NCBI GenBank assembly: GCA_963736855.1
Contig: CAVTQK010000021.1
Span: forward strand, 512,001-576,000
Length of the DNA stretch: 64,000 bases
Direction of reading: 5' to 3'
Origin: an uncultured delta proteobacterium
Lineage (GTDB): Bacteria; Desulfobacterota; Desulfobacteria; Desulfobacterales; UBA2156
Shown: positions 52,648 through 61,966 of the stretch, piece after piece
Position numbering within the stretch: the first letter of the stretch is position 1
How the letters are laid out: each line of letters opens with the position of its first letter
Notes under the pieces: generated by a model
Database searches by the model: none
Seen by the model: the letters and a program-made list of their open reading frames with translations, nothing else
Told to the model about the DNA's origin: nothing
Made by a program: the position numbers and the translations under genes

Positions 52648-53057
52648 AAAATTCTGGGGTCACACGCCCTGGAGGCTGAAGATAAACATCGGGAAGGAAG
52701 CGACCGAATGACATCACCACCTGTCCGTCGGCTGATATTGCGATTGAGTGCATCGGTGATCTGTTCAACAACGACTTATCTCTGCAGTCAATCTAGACAA
52801 TACATAGCCGAATACCCATTGAGTAAGGTCACGATGCACCTTAAACAACCCGATTTATTATCTTGAATATGGGGGAGTATCTCACCTCTCCGCTCACCGG
52901 GATGTTTTGGATTCCCCGGCCCCCCTCGTTTCGTAGAATGAAGTTGTGCAGAGGCAGGAGCTCAGAGAGATGTTGTCCAAATCTCCATCCAAACTCTTGA
53001 CTCTTCGGCGGGAAACCAAGGGGTCGTAATAGAAAGTTAGATTCTCCGCCGCGGTTC

Positions 53058-53205
53058 CCTCCACATCTGGAGGTTCCACCAAATATTGAGGCCAAACCAA
53101 TCGAATCATCCTTCTCCACTTTCCACTCATGTTACTCTAATCCATTGTTATTAAAGAGTGATTCCAGCTTTATGGTTTTCACGGTCTTCTGGCAAGCCAT
53201 TTGCA
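53058..53205 (+). promoter_or_regulatory. Sigma54 promoter module 2
   Basis: CCTCCACATCTGGAGG-tt-CCACCAAATATTGAGG (53058-53091); TGGCAAGCCATTTGCA (53190-53205). Confidence 0.78.
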
Positions 53206-53297
53206 GTGATTACTTGCATGATCCTTGATACCAAGGGCCCAGAAGGTAAATTTATCTGGAAAGACGAATTGAATCGTCAGAAAGGAGGCCAGTTGCC

Positions 53298-53432
53298 ATG
53301 CAAATCAGTCTATCGCCACAGCCGATAGTTTCCTTAATCGCGGGAATCTTGATTCTCCTTGTCCCGAGGCTGCTGAATTACATCGTTGCCATCTATCTTA
53401 TTATATTTGGCATCCTCGGATTGATTCGCTGA
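53298..53432 (+). CDS. DUF3096-like small membrane protein (absent from ORF track)
   Basis: MQISLSPQPIVSLIAGILILLVPRLLNYIVAIYLIIFGILGLIR; RBS AAGGAGG. Confidence 0.85.
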   Translation: MQISLSPQPIVSLIAGILILLVPRLLNYIVAIYLIIFGILGLIR

Positions 53433-53503
53433 ATGGCGCGAGAATGTAGAAAAGGTCTTATAATCAACCAATTCACTACAAACCCAAAAAAGGAGTAACC
53501 GCA

Positions 53504-53818
53504 ATGAAAAAGAGAAATGTCTTTATCCACTGTTTAATGGTTCTTATGCTGATCGGCACCCTTGCAGCCTGTGCATCGACATCCACCCGGGAAAGTACAG
53601 GGGAATACGTCGACGATTCGGTCATCACGACCAAGGTAAAATCTCTGCTTGCCGGAGATGATTTTCTCAAGTCATTCCAGATTGGTGTCGAAACTTACAA
53701 GGGCGTCGTTCAATTGAGCGGTTTTGTGAACACTAAAGAAGCCTCCAATAAAGCGGCTCAAATCGCCGGCGGCGTCAAAGGAGTCAAATCCGTGAAAAAT
53801 GATCTGGTCGTGAAATAG
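53504..53818 (+). CDS. BON-domain (OsmY-like) lipoprotein
   Basis: Lipobox LAAC; DDSVITTKVK, GVVQLSGFV, GVKSVKNDL. Confidence 0.9.
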   Translation: MKKRNVFIHCLMVLMLIGTLAACASTSTRESTGEYVDDSVITTKVKSLLAGDDFLKSFQIGVETYKGVVQLSGFVNTKEASNKAAQIAGGVKGVKSVKNDLVVK

Positions 53819-53995
53819 CGACCGGCATCCCTTACCGGATGGAATATGGCAACCGCTCTGACGTATGGAAATTCCCCCTCAACCCTCCCCTCTCCCCCAT
53901 TTCCCGAGGAGAAGGAAGAGTTGATGGGGTCCAGAACAGGAATTTATTCAGTGAATTTACGACTTGGGACATCGGCAGGAAAATGGAGGAGAAAA

Positions 53996-54562
53996 ATGAA
54001 GAACGCTATTTTATCGACAGTACTAATGGTTTTTGTATTGGCCTTGTTTTCGGGTTGTGCCACGATGCCTCAAACATGGCCGGATTATGAAAGGAACGCA
54101 GAGAACAAGATGGTTGTAATCCAGGAGAAGATTGGAGATGGGCTGAAAACCGGCGCTCTTTCTCCTGATCAGTCACAGATGTTTCTGGCGACACTGAAAA
54201 GTATTCGAACAGATTATGCGGCGCTGAGAGACAAAAGCGTTTACCGTGACGAATGGGACAGGCTTCATGGAAGACTTGATGCACTTGGAGAGGAAATCAA
54301 CAGGGCGCTTTCCCGGCCTGCAAGAATTGAAGAAACAAGGAATGGGGACAGGATTGTCGCACTCCAAAGGAAAATTGATGATGGAAAAATCAGCAGGCGT
54401 TTGCCTTCGACGGAGGGTCGAGAATTTCAATCCAGACTGGACTCCGTTCGGCGTGATTATCTGCGGATGACGGAAGGAGGCAGGTCCATCACGTACGAGG
54501 AGAGTGCAGACATTTCCCGCAGGCTCGATTCATTGGAAACGGAATTAAACCGGTTCCGGTAG
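53996..54562 (+). CDS. Hypothetical helical lipoprotein with an internal repeat
   Basis: Lipobox FSGC; QEKIGDG...GRLDAL repeated as QRKIDDG...RRLDSL; RBS GGAGG. Confidence 0.7.
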   Translation: MKNAILSTVLMVFVLALFSGCATMPQTWPDYERNAENKMVVIQEKIGDGLKTGALSPDQSQMFLATLKSIRTDYAALRDKSVYRDEWDRLHGRLDALGEEINRALSRPARIEETRNGDRIVALQRKIDDGKISRRLPSTEGREFQSRLDSVRRDYLRMTEGGRSITYEESADISRRLDSLETELNRFR

Positions 54563-54743
54563 AATTTATCAGAGAATCGGCGGATAGGGCTGAAGGTATG
54601 TGCAGGTGGTTTACAGGCAGTAATGAGATCACAGGTTGATGAAATGGGGCCGATCTTGTTTCGATACCGCAATGGTCTTTTGCGAACGGAGACGGATCGG
54701 CCCCATCATGCTTATCAAAAGGAAACATGGGATGATAGAGACC

Positions 54744-55157
54744 ATGAAAGAGACGATAAAACCTCTATCCTCAAACGCAGGGCAAAGACTATCCGGACGT
54801 ATCCTTGTGGCTGAGGATAATAAGGCTATTAAGAAAATAGTTTCCGGGTTCCTTGGTTTCATGGGATTTGAAGTGGCTCTTGTCGAAAACGGCCTTGAAG
54901 CGCTCTCTCTGTTTCTCAAGACCTCATTCGATTTGGTTCTGACCGACCTCGACATGCCCGTCATGGACGGTTGGAGCTTGACACGCCGCATTAAAGAAAG
55001 GTCGCCTGACACTCCGGTGGTATTGATGACGGGTGAGGATAGGAAGACCGTTTTGAGGAAGGCGGAAAGATGGCCTGTTGACTCAGTCCTATTCAAGCCG
55101 TTTGAACTGGAAGATCTTAAAAGGACAGTCCAAGAAGCGCTGGAGTTGCGGAAATGA
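54744..55157 (+). CDS. Single-domain response regulator
   Basis: ILVAEDN, LTDLDMPVMDG, LMTG, FKPF. Confidence 0.85.
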   Translation: MKETIKPLSSNAGQRLSGRILVAEDNKAIKKIVSGFLGFMGFEVALVENGLEALSLFLKTSFDLVLTDLDMPVMDGWSLTRRIKERSPDTPVVLMTGEDRKTVLRKAERWPVDSVLFKPFELEDLKRTVQEALELRK

Positions 55158-55802
55158 AAATTATGTGTTTTTCGTGCCGCCAAGAAATCGATTCGGATCA
55201 TCAGGCGTTCAGTAATTTCAGGGGTTCCCTCAGATGCCTGAATTACAGAGTCGTGATGGAAATACAGACAATGAGAGGAGTTCTAATCTGGTGCTATCCA
55301 TTATCAGACATGAATCCCGATCTTGCTGGCGGACTCTCCGAACATGATCTCTAAGCGGTGCAAAAAAGGGATATCCACTCTATGGCGAAACATGGTCGAG
55401 ACATGAATGAAAAGAGACAGAGCGCCGGGTCCAAAGCTGATTTTATCCGATTGTCCGGTATTGGGTCGGAGCTTGCAGAGTTCGTGAATCATTTTGTCGA
55501 AAAGCCCGAAATTTTATATTCAATGCCTTTCGAAAGGCGGCGCGAAATTGAAAATAGGATGGACGCATTTCTGTCTTTGTTTGAGCAATGACAAGCCATA
55601 CACCGCAACAGCTTCATCGCGGCCGTGGTGATTCAAATTCGCTCCATTCAAGATCGATGCCTGTAACATACCTGGAATGTTTCTATGCAGCGGGGCATTG
55701 GGCAAAGCGGTTCGTCTGCTCACGTTCCCGGTTTTGATAGTCGTTCCCTGGCACAATTTCCGTGACAGGTATCCAAGAATTTCTTTACTAGGAGAAGACG
55801 AA

Positions 55803-56024
55803 ATGAACGCAGTCAAGATTGCGGCAATCGTGCTGATCATGGTTGGCATCCTGGGGTTGGCGTACGGTAGTTTCAGCTACACCAAGGAGACTCACGAGGC
55901 CAAGATAGGGCCGATCGAGCTGTCGGTAAAGGACAAACAGACTGTAAACGTCCCTGTTTGGGCCGGCGTAGGGGCGATAGTTATCGGCGGCGTGCTCCTG
56001 CTTTTCGGAAGCAAGAAGAGATAG
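55803..56024 (+). CDS. Small two-TM membrane protein (DUF3185-like)
   Basis: GILGLAYGSFSYTKETHEAKIGPIEL...VPVWAGVGAIVIGGVLL; RBS AGGAG. Confidence 0.75.
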   Translation: MNAVKIAAIVLIMVGILGLAYGSFSYTKETHEAKIGPIELSVKDKQTVNVPVWAGVGAIVIGGVLLLFGSKKR

Positions 56025-56111
56025 CCGCTGCACCTGTGGCGGCTTATTCGGCTCAATAGCGACACCTGCGGTGGGAGCTGTGACGCTGCTATTCGAAATG
56101 CCGCTGCCAAG

Positions 56112-56375
56112 TGTCAATGGGAATTAAAAGTGTGCTCGTTCTGGGAAAATATAAGTGTACCACCTGCTGCCTCAATTTTGCGTTTCTCCGATAGGGGCCA
56201 GAGGATCCGGCCGGTTCACGGTGTTTGTCTGGAGCATGTGTTTCCTCAGACGGTAGCTGTGACCTTTCATGTTGATGACCCGGCAGTGATGGAGTGGCCG
56301 GTCCAGGATGGCGGTGGCGATGACCGGGTCGCCGAACAGCTCCTGTCAGTCTCCGAAGCTTTTATTGGAGGTGAT
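56112..56375 (-). mobile_element. IS21-family right end with an IstB 3' remnant
   Basis: Minus strand [43 protein letters not shown]; terminus TGTCAATGGGAATT...AAGTGTACCACC. Confidence 0.85.
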
Positions 56376-56617
56376 AGGGAATTGTTATCATTTTTAATGC
56401 GGCCACCGAAAGGTTGACGGGTCATTCTGCTGAGAATACGATCGGTAAGATATCCATTCAGGAGATTTATGATATCCCTGAAATGGCCCGGAAAATCAAG
56501 GAGCAGATTTTCAGCGAAGACTTTGGGGGCTCCGGACGCCTGGACGGGGTTGAAGTGACCGTGAAAGGCCCTGAAGGGGAAAAGATCCCGATTCGCTTGT
56601 CCAAGGAGTCAGATTAA
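56376..56617 (+). pseudogene. PAS-domain fragment truncated by IS21
   Basis: GIVIIFNAATERLTGHSAE..IGK...GEKIPIRLS. Confidence 0.55.
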
Positions 56618-56643
56618 GATCCGGCTCTCCTTCAAAAGGTACC

Positions 56644-56792
56644 CCTCAATATATTGTGGCTCCACCAAATATTGAGGCCAGACAAATCATCTTTCCCCTT
56701 CTTTATGCCTTTATTTATTCATATAACGCCTTGTTATTAAAGTTAAGTATCCAAATCTTGGATTTTTCCCGGTTGTTGGCATGCTACTTGCG
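56644..56792 (+). promoter_or_regulatory. Sigma54 promoter module 3 (most diverged)
   Basis: CCTCAATATATTGTGG-ct-CCACCAAATATTGAGG (56644-56677); near-IHF site ~56752-56764; TGGCATGCTACTTGCG (56777-56792). Confidence 0.78.
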
Positions 56793-56931
56793 GTTACTCT
56801 CTATGTGATCCTGATCACACCGTACCTGCGTTAAAAAGGAGAACGGAAGCGCGGTCCCAGCCGGCAGTTTGACTACGATGGTTGGGGCTGACGATCCATT
56901 AGTCAAACTAAATTACGAAAGGGAGACCGTC

Positions 56932-57111
56932 ATGAAATCAGGAACAAGGGACGAAGCGGAAGGCAAGTTTCACCAAATGAAGGGAAAGGTCAAGGAGATC
57001 GCCGGGAAACTGAGCGATGATTCAAACTTGGAAGCTGAAGGTACCAATGAAAAGAGAGCCGGGAAAGTTCAAGAAAAGACCGGCCAGATCAAAAAGGTAC
57101 TGGGGAAGTAG
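56932..57111 (+). CDS. CsbD-family stress protein
   Basis: MKSGTRDEAEGKFHQMKGKVKEIAGK...; paralog of 48686. Confidence 0.88.
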   Translation: MKSGTRDEAEGKFHQMKGKVKEIAGKLSDDSNLEAEGTNEKRAGKVQEKTGQIKKVLGK

Positions 57112-57261
57112 TGAGAGCGGTGTATCATACATGTACCGGCGTGTCTTTTGGCCCTTGGCTGCGGTTGCATGATACACCATTGCTAGTAATCCGAAAGGCA
57201 TGAGGCCTTCGGAGCAGAAGAGTTCGAAAAGCAACCCTAACAATGCAAGGAAAATAATAAA

Positions 57262-58044
57262 ATGAAAGCAATATATAATGTATCTTTAATAGCAGCAGCG
57301 ATCACTCTCTTTGTGATCAGCGTGCCTGTGCAGGCGTCAAAAATGGATGAGCAAATCGTATCGTCAGCCCAAAAGTCGTATGTGTTCAAGACCTACCTCA
57401 AGGACGATGATATTAAAATCCAGTCCAAGGATAGCGTTGTCACCTTGACCGGGACTGTTTCTGAAGAAGGCCACAAACAATTGGCCCGGGAGACTGTTGC
57501 AAGCCTGCCCGGAGTTAAAAGCGTGGACAACAAGTTGGAATTAAAAGGTGAAGTCCCTGCTGAGCACTCGGATGCGTGGCTCATGACGAAGGTGAAAACC
57601 AGCCTCCTGTTCCATCGCAGCGTGAGCGCCATCGCAACCGAGATCGATGTCAAAGACGGCGTCGTGACTCTGCGTGGTGATACTGCCAATCAGGCACAAA
57701 AAGACCTGACAACCGAGTACGCCAAGGATGTTGATGGGGTCAAAGAGGTCAAGAATGAGATGACAGTTGCAAAGACCCCTAAAAAACCGGAAGAAAAAAC
57801 GATGGGCAAAAAGATGAGTGACATTGTTGAAAAGATTGATGACGCATCCATCACCGCCCTGGTCAAGAGTACGTTGCTGTATCATCGCTCGACCAGCGGC
57901 CTCAACACCAAGGTCGAGACGAACAATGGAGTGGTCACATTGAGTGGCAAGGCCAAAAACAAGGCTGAAAAAGATCTGGCCACCAAATTTGTAAGTGATG
58001 TTCACGGCGTAAAGAAGGTGGTCAATAAAATGACCGCCCAGTGA
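57262..58044 (+). CDS. Secreted protein with three BON domains (OsmY-like)
   Basis: Signal peptide; three repeats of VVTL.G....GVK.V.N. Confidence 0.9.
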   Translation: MKAIYNVSLIAAAITLFVISVPVQASKMDEQIVSSAQKSYVFKTYLKDDDIKIQSKDSVVTLTGTVSEEGHKQLARETVASLPGVKSVDNKLELKGEVPAEHSDAWLMTKVKTSLLFHRSVSAIATEIDVKDGVVTLRGDTANQAQKDLTTEYAKDVDGVKEVKNEMTVAKTPKKPEEKTMGKKMSDIVEKIDDASITALVKSTLLYHRSTSGLNTKVETNNGVVTLSGKAKNKAEKDLATKFVSDVHGVKKVVNKMTAQ

Positions 58045-58056
58045 TCCGAGTTCAGT

Positions 58057-58099
58057 ACCCACCGGAACAGCCGGCTCGTTGCCGACTGTTCCGGTGGGT
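58057..58099 (+). terminator. Strong hairpin after the BON gene (no clear U-tract)
   Basis: ACCCACCGGAACAGCCGGC-tcgtt-GCCGACTGTTCCGGTGGGT. Confidence 0.5.
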
Positions 58100-58267
58100 C
58101 ATCTATCCTATGAGCAGCTTCGTGGATTCCGCAAAGGTCTCCGTCAGGGCTGTATAGCGAAATCAGTCAAGGGTATCAAAGCTGTCAAAAACAGCCTTGT
58201 CGTGAAATGAACCGGCTGAAGCCAATTGATTTTGGATTTCAAATCATTTTTCAAAGGAGGACAAATC

Positions 58268-58425
58268 ATGCCAATCGGCACAATCTTACTCATAATTCTG
58301 ATACTGGCACTTGTGGGAATAATCCCAGTCTGGCCGCATAGCCGATCGTGGGGGTATGCACCCTTCGGTGTTGTGGGGCTGGTGGGATTATCCTTGTGAT
58401 TCTGCTCTTAATTGGCAGAATATAA
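58268..58425 (+). CDS. DUF3309-like small membrane protein with a 1-nt frameshift
   Basis: MPIGTILLIILILALVGIIPVWPHSRSWGYAP.G...(shift)IILVILLLIGRI; RBS AAGGAGG. Confidence 0.7.
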
Positions 58426-58519
58426 CCAACTCTTGAAAATCTATCACAAGCCGTTCGTAAAATGCCACTTTTTGTAACGAACCATTTAATGAAAGGGTTA
58501 AAACCACAGTAAGCGAAAT

Positions 58520-58790
58520 AGATAAAGCTATAGAGCATTTTAACTCTCTGCTCGACAAGTGGAATGATGAATTTGAAAAAATGGAGGACATGATCAGTAA
58601 GGCTGGCGGCAGATCCGAATGTCTACTACGACGAGCAATCAGCAGCACTACGGCCAACGAACCGTCATAAGACAAAGGATAAACCTGAGGAGATTAAAAA
58701 ATAGAGTGAGAACGCATGGAAAGATCTCAAGCAGGGTCTGGCAAACACATGGGCTGCCTTTGAGCAGGGCTTTAAATAAGTCGAATATTG
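58520..58790 (+). pseudogene. Decayed paralog of the 48962 coiled-coil protein
   Basis: Broken frames give LLDKWNDEFEKME and ENAWKDLKQGLANTW, with stops and shifts. Confidence 0.5.
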
Positions 58791-58797
58791 ATGTAAG

Positions 58798-58849
58798 TAA
58801 AACCTAAACTGAGCGATTTTTTATGAAAAATCGCTCAGTTTAGGTTTTA
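58798..58849. repeat. Perfect 24-bp inverted repeat
   Basis: TAAAACCTAAACTGAGCGATTTTT-tatg-AAAAATCGCTCAGTTTAGGTTTTA. Confidence 0.9.
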
Positions 58850-58859
58850 GGAAAGTGAC

Positions 58860-60338
58860 ATGATGACGAATACAGACGACAGACGACAACGCTCAATCCT
58901 GCAGAGAATTGCCCATCGGGCGATGCTGGAAAGAGGACTTTTTCCGGATTTTCCCATCCAGGCGCTTGCAGAGCTCGACAAAATAATTGGGCCGGCGACG
59001 CAAACTGGGGAATCGATGCGCGATCTCAGGAACCTTCTCTGGTGCTCCATAGACAACGATGATTCGCTTGATCTGGACCAGCTTACCGTTGCCGAAGGCC
59101 TGCCCGACGGGGCCGCAAAGGTCCGGGTCGCTATTGCCGACGTTGACGCTGTCGTCAAAAAACGATCGGCCCTTGACAATCACGCGCGGCAAAACACCAC
59201 CTCGGTCTACACGATCGCCCAGACGTTTCCGATGCTGCCCGAGAAACTCTCCACGGATCTTACCTCTCTCAACTATAAATCAGACCGCCTGGCCATCGTC
59301 ATTGAAATGGTTCTTGCCGGAGATGGATCGGTACAGAGTTCGGACATTTATCGAGCGACGGTGCGTAATCAGGCCAAGCTGGCCTACAACAGCGTTGCCG
59401 CTTGGCTCGAGGGTAATGGTTCGATGCCGGAAGGGATCGGCATAGTCAAAGGTCTCGACGAAAACCTTCGACTTCAGGACCGCGTGGCACAGAAACTGAA
59501 AGCGCTCCGGCACCTGCACGGTGCGCTGGATCTCGAAACAATCGAAGCCCGTCCGATTTTTGACGGAGATCAGCTCAAGGATTTGGAAGCCGACAAAGGG
59601 AACCGGGCTAAGGAAATTATTGAGGACTTCATGATCGCTGTCAACGGCGTTACCGCGCGATACCTCGCGTCTAAAAAGGTTACATCGCTGCGGCGCGTGG
59701 TTCGCACACCCAACCGCTGGGACCGCATCATCGAGATTGCCGCAGAGCGGGGCTCAACGTTGCCCAGGGAGCCCGACGCAAAGGCACTGGAGCAATTCCT
59801 GGTATCGGCGAAAGCTGCCGATCCTCTGCGCTTTGCCGATCTCTCTCTCAGCGTCATCAAACTCCTGGGTTCGGGTGAATACGTCATCCAACTTTCGGGA
59901 GGCAGTGTCGCCGGGCACTTCGGTCTTGCGGTCAAGGACTATGCACACTCCACCGCCCCGAACCGTCGATACCCCGATCTGATTACCCAGCGGTTGTTGA
60001 AAGCGGCAATGGCGGGACGTGCCCAGCCGTACGAGAACGATGAATTGACAGCGCTCGCCAAGCACTGCACGAAAGCGGAAGATGCAGCGAAAAAAGTGGA
60101 GCGGCAAATCACAAAATCCGCCGCTGCCATGCTATTGGAATCAAGGATCGGGGAGCAGTTCGATGCCATCGTCACCGGCGCATCGTACAAAGGCACGTGG
60201 GTCCGTCTTCTGCATCCGCCCATTGAAGGAAGACTGGAGAGCGGTTTTGAAGGCATGGATGTCGGCCAGAGGCTCCGTGTGCAACTGGTCCGCACAAATG
60301 TGGAGCGCGGATATATCGACTTTACGAGAGTGGTGTAA
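58860..60338 (+). CDS. RNB-domain (RNase II/R family) exoribonuclease, short form
   Basis: SIDNDDSLDLDQ, VAIADV, IIEDFMI, HFGL...YAHSTAPNRRYPDL. Confidence 0.88.
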   Translation: MMTNTDDRRQRSILQRIAHRAMLERGLFPDFPIQALAELDKIIGPATQTGESMRDLRNLLWCSIDNDDSLDLDQLTVAEGLPDGAAKVRVAIADVDAVVKKRSALDNHARQNTTSVYTIAQTFPMLPEKLSTDLTSLNYKSDRLAIVIEMVLAGDGSVQSSDIYRATVRNQAKLAYNSVAAWLEGNGSMPEGIGIVKGLDENLRLQDRVAQKLKALRHLHGALDLETIEARPIFDGDQLKDLEADKGNRAKEIIEDFMIAVNGVTARYLASKKVTSLRRVVRTPNRWDRIIEIAAERGSTLPREPDAKALEQFLVSAKAADPLRFADLSLSVIKLLGSGEYVIQLSGGSVAGHFGLAVKDYAHSTAPNRRYPDLITQRLLKAAMAGRAQPYENDELTALAKHCTKAEDAAKKVERQITKSAAAMLLESRIGEQFDAIVTGASYKGTWVRLLHPPIEGRLESGFEGMDVGQRLRVQLVRTNVERGYIDFTRVV

Positions 60339-60356
60339 GGAGGAACGGATTGCAGA

Positions 60357-60691
60357 ATGACGAGAGAGTCACCCCTGAAACCAGCTAACCCACGCATCCT
60401 CACGATCAATGGCGGCTCGTCGAGCATCAAGTTCGCGCGCCTCACTCTTAGGAGGCAGAGTAGCGGGGAGGAGTTGGCTTTCGGAGAAATCTCAACAGGA
60501 GCCCAAAACGACTTGCTGCTGGCTACAGACATTGTCAAATCCATGGTCACGGAATATGGCATGAACGATCGTCCGGGGCTTGTGACCTATGCACACGCTC
60601 GTCAGCCTCTGTTCCCGCCGGGAAGATTTGCTCCCAGCAAAATCTCCATCCAAACCATTGACTCTTCGGCCGGAAACCAAGGGGTCGTAAT
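60357..60691 (+). pseudogene. Chimeric remnant: acetate kinase N-terminus, FtsH protease-domain fragment and activator tail
   Basis: [14 protein letters not shown] (acetokinase motif), then [30 protein letters not shown] (FtsH M41). Confidence 0.7.
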
Positions 60692-60718
60692 AGAAAGTTA
60701 GATTCTCCGCCGCGGTTC

Positions 60719-60866
60719 CCTCCATATCTGGAGGTTCCACCAAATATTGAGGTCAATCAAATCATTTCACCCTTATCTACGCTTCTCCCTTATTCATCTA
60801 ACCCAGCGTTATGAAAAGATAATCCCAAACTCTTGATTTTTTCACAATGTTGGCAGGTCACTTGCA
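60719..60866 (+). promoter_or_regulatory. Sigma54 promoter module 4
   Basis: Tandem palindromes 60719-60752; IHF site; TGGCAGGTCACTTGCA 60851-60866. Confidence 0.8.
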
Positions 60867-60878
60867 ATTACGATTTGC

Positions 60879-61205
60879 ATGATTCTGACCATCATACGAA
60901 TGAAGGTTCTTGCTGAGAAGCGCAAGGAGCTTTCCCAGACGATCGCATTACTGATCGGCTCCCTAAGGACAGAGAAGGGATGTCGGCGCTGCGACTTTTA
61001 CCGGAGTTTGGAGGATAAAAATGAACTCTGTATTCTTGAAGAATGGGATACCCGGGAGAACCTAGATAGCCACCTGAAGTCGGAGCGTTTTAGGGTCCTT
61101 CGGGGGGCGATGAATCTTCTCCAAGAGCCCTACGAAATGATGTTCCACACCGTAGCATCGGGAAAAAAGAAAACGGAAGCGCGGTCCCAGCCAGCAGTTG
61201 AATAA
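60879..61205 (+). CDS. ABM-family protein, duplicate
   Basis: 3 aa differences from 48300-48626. Confidence 0.8.
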   Translation: MILTIIRMKVLAEKRKELSQTIALLIGSLRTEKGCRRCDFYRSLEDKNELCILEEWDTRENLDSHLKSERFRVLRGAMNLLQEPYEMMFHTVASGKKKTEARSQPAVE

Positions 61206-61264
61206 CCGGGATGACTGGGGCCAACGTACCATCTCTCAAACCAAATTCCGAAAGGAGGAATACC

Positions 61265-61444
61265 ATGAAATCAAGCAGAAGGGATGAGACAGAAGGCAAG
61301 TTGCACCAAGTGAAAGGTAAGATCAAGGAGATCGCCGGAAAAGTAAGCATGAATCCCGGCTTGGAAGCCGAAGGCAAAGAGGAAAACAGAACGGGCAAAG
61401 TTCAAGAAAAAATCGGCCAGTTCAAGAAACTCGTGGGGAAGTAA
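61265..61444 (+). CDS. CsbD-family stress protein, duplicate
   Basis: 2 aa differences from 48686-48865. Confidence 0.88.
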   Translation: MKSSRRDETEGKLHQVKGKIKEIAGKVSMNPGLEAEGKEENRTGKVQEKIGQFKKLVGK

Positions 61445-61527
61445 AACGGAGTATCTTACGACGACACCCCTTGATCCCGCAGCCGCGGTTGGGTGTATAA
61501 TTGAGGATAAAGGAAAGGAGAAATGTC

Positions 61528-61680
61528 ATGGGAATAATCCTGATTGTCATTCTGGTTATCCTGCTTGTCGGCACTCTGCCCACCTGGCGCCACAGCTCTA
61601 GCTGGGGACCTTATCCCAGCGGCGGAATCGGATTGATTCTTCTGATCATAATCATCCTGTTACTGCTGGGACGGATCTGA
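61528..61680 (+). CDS. DUF3309-like small membrane protein (absent from ORF track)
   Basis: MGIILIVILVILLVGTLPTWRHSSSWGPYPSGGIGLILLIIIILLLLGRI; RBS AAGGAG. Confidence 0.85.
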   Translation: MGIILIVILVILLVGTLPTWRHSSSWGPYPSGGIGLILLIIIILLLLGRI

Positions 61681-61966
61681 GATGGCGGTGAGGCATATGA
61701 ATTAATCCTCTGAATGCGGAATGGATAAGTTAGATTCTAATGGATTTCTGATAAAGTCGATGAGAAGAACCGGCTATGGATGCAATTCTATCTTCGTTTG
61801 AACGATGATAAGTCATACACCATAACACTTTCAATCATGCTGATCCAAGAGCTTTTTTAATAGGATGAGACGAAATGAAAGGAGTCAAGATTGAAGCAAT
61901 CGTTCGATCGGGCGCTTAAATGACTGCGGGGTCGGGTACACTTTTGCCCCAGGAAGGTAAATCAAC

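Larger units (their letters stand above)
60664..61444 (+). repeat. 781-bp segmental duplication, copy 2
   Basis: Near-identical to 48085-48865. Confidence 0.95.

Noticed and set aside
55154..55591. Two short ORFs after the response regulator
   Set aside because: No recognisable family and a broken Cys pattern; coding status cannot be supported.
56130..56417. 95-aa plus-strand ORF
   Set aside because: Antisense shadow of the IS21 istB remnant.
48085..61444. CRISPR array or prophage att sites from the repeated sequences
   Set aside because: Repeats are kilobases apart, contain promoter motifs and genes, and no cas or integrase gene is present.
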